From Acaryochloris thomasi RCC1774 (GTDB lineage: Bacteria > Cyanobacteriota > Cyanobacteriia > Thermosynechococcales > Thermosynechococcaceae), in NCBI RefSeq assembly GCF_003231495.1, contig NZ_PQWO01000010.1:169645-201644 (forward strand): a DNA stretch of 32,000 nt, written 5' to 3'. Within the stretch, counting starts at the first letter, position 1. Each line of letters opens with the position of its first letter. The notes below the pieces were generated by a model. The model was not told the origin of the DNA. It saw only the letters and a list, made by a program, of their open reading frames with translations, and did not search any database. Of this stretch, positions 27,193 through 32,000 are shown piece by piece. A program made the translations under genes and the position numbers.

Positions 27193-29586
27193 TTATTTGC
27201 GCGTTTGTTCAAGTAATTTAGATTGATGTAGAGCAACTCCCATTTGCTCTGCAACCTGATTCAAGAATCGAACATTCATAGGCTCCCACTGCCGTGGTCT
27301 CGAATGCTGATACATTGCCAGAAGCCCCCACAGGTTCTTACCAACAAAGATAGGAACAATAGCATAGGCACGAATTCGATATTGTTCTAGCAACTCAATA
27401 TGGCAGGGGGAATGCCCCGCTTTGTAAATATCCTCAACGGCAAAAGTTTCTTTATGACGGTAGCGTCCGCCTTGCGTTTCCTGAAGATAGGTATCGTCCC
27501 AGATCGAATTCATGCCAAGTTTGCTCAATCCTTCCCAACTGCCAGTAGCAAATTCAAAATCGTTGACGAACTGTCCTCCCCAATCTTCATTAAATTGGTA
27601 AACAGCCACGCGCTCTGCCTGAACAGCATGACAGATTTCTCGCGTAGTGGTTCGAAAGATGGTTTCAACGTCTAACGACTGTCGGATTTTAGTAATCACA
27701 TGCAACAAAATTTGCTGTTGATCGCTGACTCGTTGAAGATTTTTAGCTTGTTGATGAGCCTTCTGGTGTAGCTCAGATTGAAATATGGCGACCCCGAGCT
27801 GATCTGCAACCTGATTCAAAAATTGGACGTCGCTATCATCCCAATGACGTATGCTTGAATGCTGATATATGGCTAAGAGTCCCCACAACTGTTTGCCAGC
27901 AAAAATAGGAACGATGACAAATGCACGTATCTGATATTGCTCCAAGATTTCAATATGGCAAGGAGAATATTCAGCCGTATAAATGTCCTCTACAACAGAA
28001 ATCTCTTTATAGCGATAGCGCCCGCCTTGCGTTTCTTGCAAGTGTGTATCATTCCAAGTCAGATTCACTCCAAGCTTGCTCAATCCTTCCCAATTACCAG
28101 TAGCAAATTCGAAATCGCTGACGAACTCTCCTCCCCAATCTTCATTGAATCGGTAAACAGCCACGCGCTCTGTCTGAACGGCGTGACAGATTTCTCGTGT
28201 AGTGGTTCGAAAAATGGTTTCAATATCTAACGACTGTCGAATTTTAGTGATCACGCGCATCAATAGATGCTGATGCTCCATCCCGTGATTTGAGGTCGCA
28301 GCGTTTTGCTGCACCTGTTGTTCAAGACGATGAGTCAGACTTTGCCTCTGGGATTGAGATCGAGACCGTTGCAATGCGGCCGCAAAATGCATTCCGATCG
28401 TTTGTCCAAGTTTGGTCTCATTCAATGTCCATTTCTGAAGCGGTTGCTCATACGACGAGGTTCCCACCTCAGCTCTATTTCGAAAAATAGTCAAGTATCC
28501 TAAACATTGCTGGCCATACCATAATGGCACCATGAAAAGGCTACAAATCGAGGTCGGCTGAAACAGCGATTGTAGTTTGTCTAACTCTGCTTCTAAATAA
28601 AGATCATTGATCGCCCAGATCGGTTCATCCTGAATTTGGAAATGGTTTTGCCAAACGTGATATTGCTCGATTGAACTATACTTTGCAAACGCTGAAGAGG
28701 TTGGCTGGATACCGTGGGTATAGATTTGTGCCGCTGTCGACGAACTCCCATCAAGTGTCTCTCTCAATCCAGCAGTGAGCACTTGGTCAGATGGGAAGAG
28801 ATAGAGTCGCCCTCCTGATCCATGAAAGGCACGGACAGTTGTTTCTAGGGCAGCTTGTAAATCTAAAGTTGGTTCTAGATGCAGCACGTGAGCGATCAGA
28901 GAGATCGCAGATTCTGATGGTTCAGTTATTTTAGAACTGGTACGTGAACCTCCCTGATGCTGAGCAATGATCGCAGAGAGTTGCTCAACTGCCAGCCAAA
29001 CGGGTTCTATCTCTACTACGGAGAAGGGACGAGCCGAGGTGTGGTAAATCATCAGCATCCCCCAAAGATCTTGCTGGTGAAAAATGGGTGCCATCAGCAC
29101 TGCACGAACGTTCATCGCGGCAAATGCTTCAGCTAAGGCCGGTTCCACATAATGTAATTGCAGCGGGTTGTGATCTTCTTCGAATTGTTTGCCCCAGCCA
29201 AGAGTTTTCCAACTTCGTCGATTAGAGACATCAAGCGTTGACATCATGGGTATCGGTGACAACAGTTCGAGAACCGGAGATAACACTTCAGCACCACATT
29301 GAGGAATCTTTAACCGCATGCGCACTGACTGCTTTTGGCTAGATTCAACCACTGCTCGACATTTGCCATCCGATTGAAGTTGGCAAATCTGTGCAAAATC
29401 AACTTTCAAAAACGAGCGGAATTCGATCACACTTGCCAGGAGCAGTGTCTTGAGGCTGGAGGGACACCGCCAGTGCTGTACTAGCCGAGCCATCAAGGTT
29501 TTTGTCAGGTACGCTTCATACTTTTGAGGCTGTGAGGATGTATTGGCGTCATTTTGAAGCTGTCGGAACGTATTTGCGTCGACCAC
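27193..29586 (-). CDS. Multi-GAF (about 4 GAF domains) signalling protein without a recognisable output domain
   Basis: The 797-aa ORF has a GTG start with GGAGGA 8 nt upstream. GAF hallmarks repeat (LWGLLxxYQ/H, VPIF). The protein ends about 15 aa after the last GAF. Confidence 0.85.
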   Translation of the reverse strand: MVDANTFRQLQNDANTSSQPQKYEAYLTKTLMARLVQHWRCPSSLKTLLLASVIEFRSFLKVDFAQICQLQSDGKCRAVVESSQKQSVRMRLKIPQCGAEVLSPVLELLSPIPMMSTLDVSNRRSWKTLGWGKQFEEDHNPLQLHYVEPALAEAFAAMNVRAVLMAPIFHQQDLWGMLMIYHTSARPFSVVEIEPVWLAVEQLSAIIAQHQGGSRTSSKITEPSESAISLIAHVLHLEPTLDLQAALETTVRAFHGSGGRLYLFPSDQVLTAGLRETLDGSSSTAAQIYTHGIQPTSSAFAKYSSIEQYHVWQNHFQIQDEPIWAINDLYLEAELDKLQSLFQPTSICSLFMVPLWYGQQCLGYLTIFRNRAEVGTSSYEQPLQKWTLNETKLGQTIGMHFAAALQRSRSQSQRQSLTHRLEQQVQQNAATSNHGMEHQHLLMRVITKIRQSLDIETIFRTTTREICHAVQTERVAVYRFNEDWGGEFVSDFEFATGNWEGLSKLGVNLTWNDTHLQETQGGRYRYKEISVVEDIYTAEYSPCHIEILEQYQIRAFVIVPIFAGKQLWGLLAIYQHSSIRHWDDSDVQFLNQVADQLGVAIFQSELHQKAHQQAKNLQRVSDQQQILLHVITKIRQSLDVETIFRTTTREICHAVQAERVAVYQFNEDWGGQFVNDFEFATGSWEGLSKLGMNSIWDDTYLQETQGGRYRHKETFAVEDIYKAGHSPCHIELLEQYRIRAYAIVPIFVGKNLWGLLAMYQHSRPRQWEPMNVRFLNQVAEQMGVALHQSKLLEQTRK
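27196..28305. repeat. Tandem duplication of a 555-nt (185-codon) unit inside the GAF gene
   Basis: Sequence at 27646 (agtggttcgaaagatggtttcaacgtctaacgactgtcgg) recurs at 28201 (agtggttcgaaaaatggtttcaatatctaacgactgtcga). The offset is exactly 555 nt. The two encoded GAF domains are collinear and highly similar. Confidence 0.85.
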
Positions 29587-29753
29587 TCAAAAATTCCTCC
29601 ATCTCATGGCAATTCATTAAATAATAGACCATGAACGTTAGACTTTTATCTGCCTAAAAGAAATATTAACTTTCCTCATTTTTATTGGTAAACGTTGACA
29701 TTACCTCAAAAGAGTGGACAGGTAATTGAGAAAAACAAAATTAACTCTAAACT

Positions 29754-30194
29754 TTATCCAAACAAACTTTCATCATGTTCTTGAATTCTTACTATTTTTT
29801 CTTCAGGTGTTAATCTGCGTTTAAGTTTCTGGCTGAGATTGTTCAGATTATCATTTAGCATACTAGAAATGTCCTGCAAGACAAGGGAGCATTTCTCGAC
29901 AAAAACACTCACCCAATCATAAATGCAAAAGGAGTAGACACTAGGCATCAGTAATCCCGAACTTCCATAAAACACAATCTCTGCCTTGTGATTCATTTCA
30001 AGATTCTTAGCCCACTCATACTGAGGACGAGAAGCATTCCAGTACTGCATCGTTAGCTTCACGCCTAAATACTTACTTATAGCCTGGCTTAAGTTACTGA
30101 GATCTTTTAACAAAGCGACAAACTCTTCATCAGCTTTATCCTGAGCATAAAGATTCTTAGCAATTGGGCTAATATAGTGTTGATTAATAGTCAT
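29754..30194 (-). CDS. Hypothetical protein (orphan, AT-rich gene)
   Basis: 146-aa ORF with GAGGG 7 nt upstream of the ATG. It is the only long ORF in an AT-rich segment and lies upstream of, and co-oriented with, the multi-GAF gene. No motif recognised. Confidence 0.5.
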   Translation of the reverse strand: MTINQHYISPIAKNLYAQDKADEEFVALLKDLSNLSQAISKYLGVKLTMQYWNASRPQYEWAKNLEMNHKAEIVFYGSSGLLMPSVYSFCIYDWVSVFVEKCSLVLQDISSMLNDNLNNLSQKLKRRLTPEEKIVRIQEHDESLFG

Positions 30195-30396
30195 AGCGAA
30201 CCCTCAACATCAACAAACTAGTGCAATATATTCCATATTCCATTCTTCTTTAGTTTAGGAATTTATTGCTCGCTAATGCGAGACTAAAAGAACACAACTG
30301 GACAATTGACTATTCATTAAATATATTTCAATAAAGTGAAGGAAGAGAAATAGAATCGGGAAGAAATCGGGAAATTGCTTGCATTGCACTTATATT

Positions 30397-30670
30397 AACT
30401 ACATTCCGCAGGTAGTACACTTTTCTAGAAGCCATGCTAGAGAAGGGTTACAGGGTCTGTCAAAAATCGGCTCTGTTCCATCAATCCAGGTTGCATCACC
30501 TGAAAAAACAGATCACAGACTCTCTAGAAGCCAGACTGGAAAAGCAATACAGGTTAATCGGCCACCTGTATTTCAATGCTCTGCGGGAGGTATTCTTGAA
30601 TTTCGGGCTAAGGCTCAAAGCCCTTACTGGAAAAGGCTTACAAGAATTCACTAACCTGCGGAATGTAGGA
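30397..30670. repeat. Element of ~270 bp bounded by 15-bp perfect inverted repeats (MITE-like, invertible segment or structured RNA)
   Basis: CTACATTCCGCAGGT at 30399..30413 is the exact reverse complement of ACCTGCGGAATGTAG at 30654..30668. ATATT occurs just outside both ends (30392..30396 and 30670..30674). An internal 11-nt direct repeat TCTAGAAGCCA occurs at 30424 and 30523. Confidence 0.5.
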
Positions 30671-31233
30671 TATTAGGCTGAAATAATATTGCCAGTTTAA
30701 CTAGAATTTCCCGTCTGAAATCGCAAAGGGAAGAGATAGCATACCTTCAACCTCATGCTGAAGATGAGATTGCACTATGACTAGCAGTTTGTGGAGAAGG
30801 GAGAGTGGTAGGAACGGTAGCTTGGAATAATAGATTCTGCATTCTTAATCTCTACGATAGTCTACCTACAGTAGATTGCAACGCTTCAGCATCATCCATT
30901 TTTCGTGTAAGAGAAGCGAATTTAAGTTTCCATCAATCTCCTACATATCTTAGACTACTTCCTCTAAAACGCTTTAAACCCTTATTCAGTCCTGAGAGGC
31001 CATTGATACTTCCCTCGTATAACTGGGTATCTTACAAGAAAAGTGTGATTGGGGAAATCGCTCAATTTAGCGGAAAAACTTAGTAACAATAAATCTCATA
31101 GCCTTTTGACCTCGCTTGATATATGGCAAATTTCCGCAGTAAGGATGAGACGCTCACGATGCAATATAAAACTTTCTAAAAACTTCATAGGCGTTCAGAT
31201 AGCTGAGAAATTCGAAATAGAATTCTAAAGGCC

Positions 31234-31893
31234 ATGACCATGACACCAGCACGAACAGACCCAGCTTCTCAAGACACTACTGCGTCGGATTTTGAGTCAT
31301 TCTTTCATCTTTCGCTAGATATGCTTTGCATTACAGACTTTGATGGCTACTTCAAGCAATTAAACCCTATATGGGAAGAAATTCTGGGTTTTACCCAAGC
31401 TGAACTTCTAAACACCTTGTTTATAGATCTGATTCATCCTGACGATCGCATAGCCACGTTTGAGGAATTTCAAAAATTATTAAACCATACTAGAAGCATT
31501 GGATTCGAGACTCGTTACCGCTGCAGTGACGGTTCTTATCGATGGCTCAGATGGAATGCAACCCCTTGTCCAAAGAAAAAACAGATCTACTGCATTGCTC
31601 GTGATATAACCGCAGACAGGCAAACCGAAAGCGAGCTTCACCTAGCCCTGAAGTCTTTGACCAAGTTAAAGCTTGCGCTAGATCAGGCCGCGATAGTGGC
31701 AGTAACAGATCAAAATGGCAAGATTATCTCAGTCAATGATCATTTTTGCGAACTGTCTCAATACTCCCGAGAAGAGTTGCTCGGCAAGACACATAGAGTT
31801 ATCAACGCAGATTACCATGACCAAGTATTCTTCCAAGAGATGTGGTCAACCATTCGTCAAGGACATGTTTGGAACAGGGTTGTTTTAAGTTAA
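31234..31893 (+). pseudogene. PAS/PAC-domain sensor protein, 3'-truncated within the second PAS domain
   Basis: Two PAS modules are present (FFHLSLDMLCITDFDGYF...YRWLRWNATP...CIARDIT, then AIVAVTDQNGKIISVNDHFCELSQYSREELLGKTHRVINADYH...MWSTIRQGHVW). The second breaks off right after GHVW, where (R/K/Q)GEIxN normally follows. No kinase or output domain follows. Confidence 0.6.
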
Positions 31894-32000
31894 CAGCGAA
31901 AAAATAACATCAACCCGATTAGCAAGCTTTGTCATAGCGGCTTTGAGCGATTGGAAGCCATTCAATCTCAGCAGATTAATCACAATTGTTCTGAGCAACG
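31885..32000 (-). mobile_element. 3' end of a DDE transposase gene (ISAs1/IS4-like C-terminus); IS element continues beyond the window
   Basis: The minus-strand frame entering at the window edge reads LLRTIVINLLRLNGFQSLKAAMTKLANRVDVIFSLLT-stop. This resembles the conserved C-terminal tail of ISAs1-type transposases (NLLRxNGFxS...A). It abuts the truncation point of the PAS gene. Confidence 0.45.

Noticed and set aside
27646-27660. GGTTCGAAA strings (also at 28204) resembling a tRNA T-arm.
   Set aside because: They lie in the duplicated GAF coding sequence. No acceptor or anticodon stems can be drawn around them. I saw no tRNA-like cloverleaf anywhere in the window.
30379-31083. ORFs 30379..30654, 30434..30676 and 30805..31083 in the AT-rich spacer.
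   Set aside because: The first two mutually overlap, none of the three has a ribosome-binding site, and the first two run across the inverted-repeat element. The 80-aa frame (LEARLEKQYRLIGHLYFNALREVF...) looks vaguely helical but matches nothing I recognise. I treat them as non-coding pending homology evidence.

Overview
The window looks like cyanobacterial chromosome. By eye I count 16 copies of the HIP1 palindrome GCGATCGC, and it carries btpA, a pentapeptide-repeat protein, a Uma2 endonuclease and many GAF/PAS/GGDEF/TPR signalling genes. Positions 1-17.7 kb and 20.8-26.8 kb are mostly core genes: btpA, folK, a NUDIX hydrolase, a squalene synthase next to an HpnG-like phosphorylase, serC-type transaminase, DedA, adenosine kinase and a methyltransferase. 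These are interspersed with lineage-specific proteins. Three stretches look accessory. (i) 17.9-20.6 kb holds a LysR / MDR oxidoreductase / N-terminally truncated SDR islet. (ii) 27.2-31.2 kb is a lower-GC, HIP1-free segment with an output-less four-GAF protein that contains a 555-nt internal tandem duplication, an orphan 146-aa gene and a ~270-bp element bounded by 15-bp perfect inverted repeats. (iii) From about 31.87 kb, what appears to be the end of an IS element truncates a PAS sensor gene. The best candidate for an undescribed system is the co-oriented cluster at 7.07-9.80 kb. It encodes a DUF2237 protein, a membrane-anchored Ras-like P-loop GTPase (G1, G3 and G4 motifs all readable) fused to a TPR array, and a conserved partner whose N-terminal domain has a longin/roadblock-like sequence pattern. 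This resembles a small-GTPase plus regulator module. I found no tRNA, rRNA or CRISPR array. All functional calls rest on motif recognition by eye; no database search was possible.
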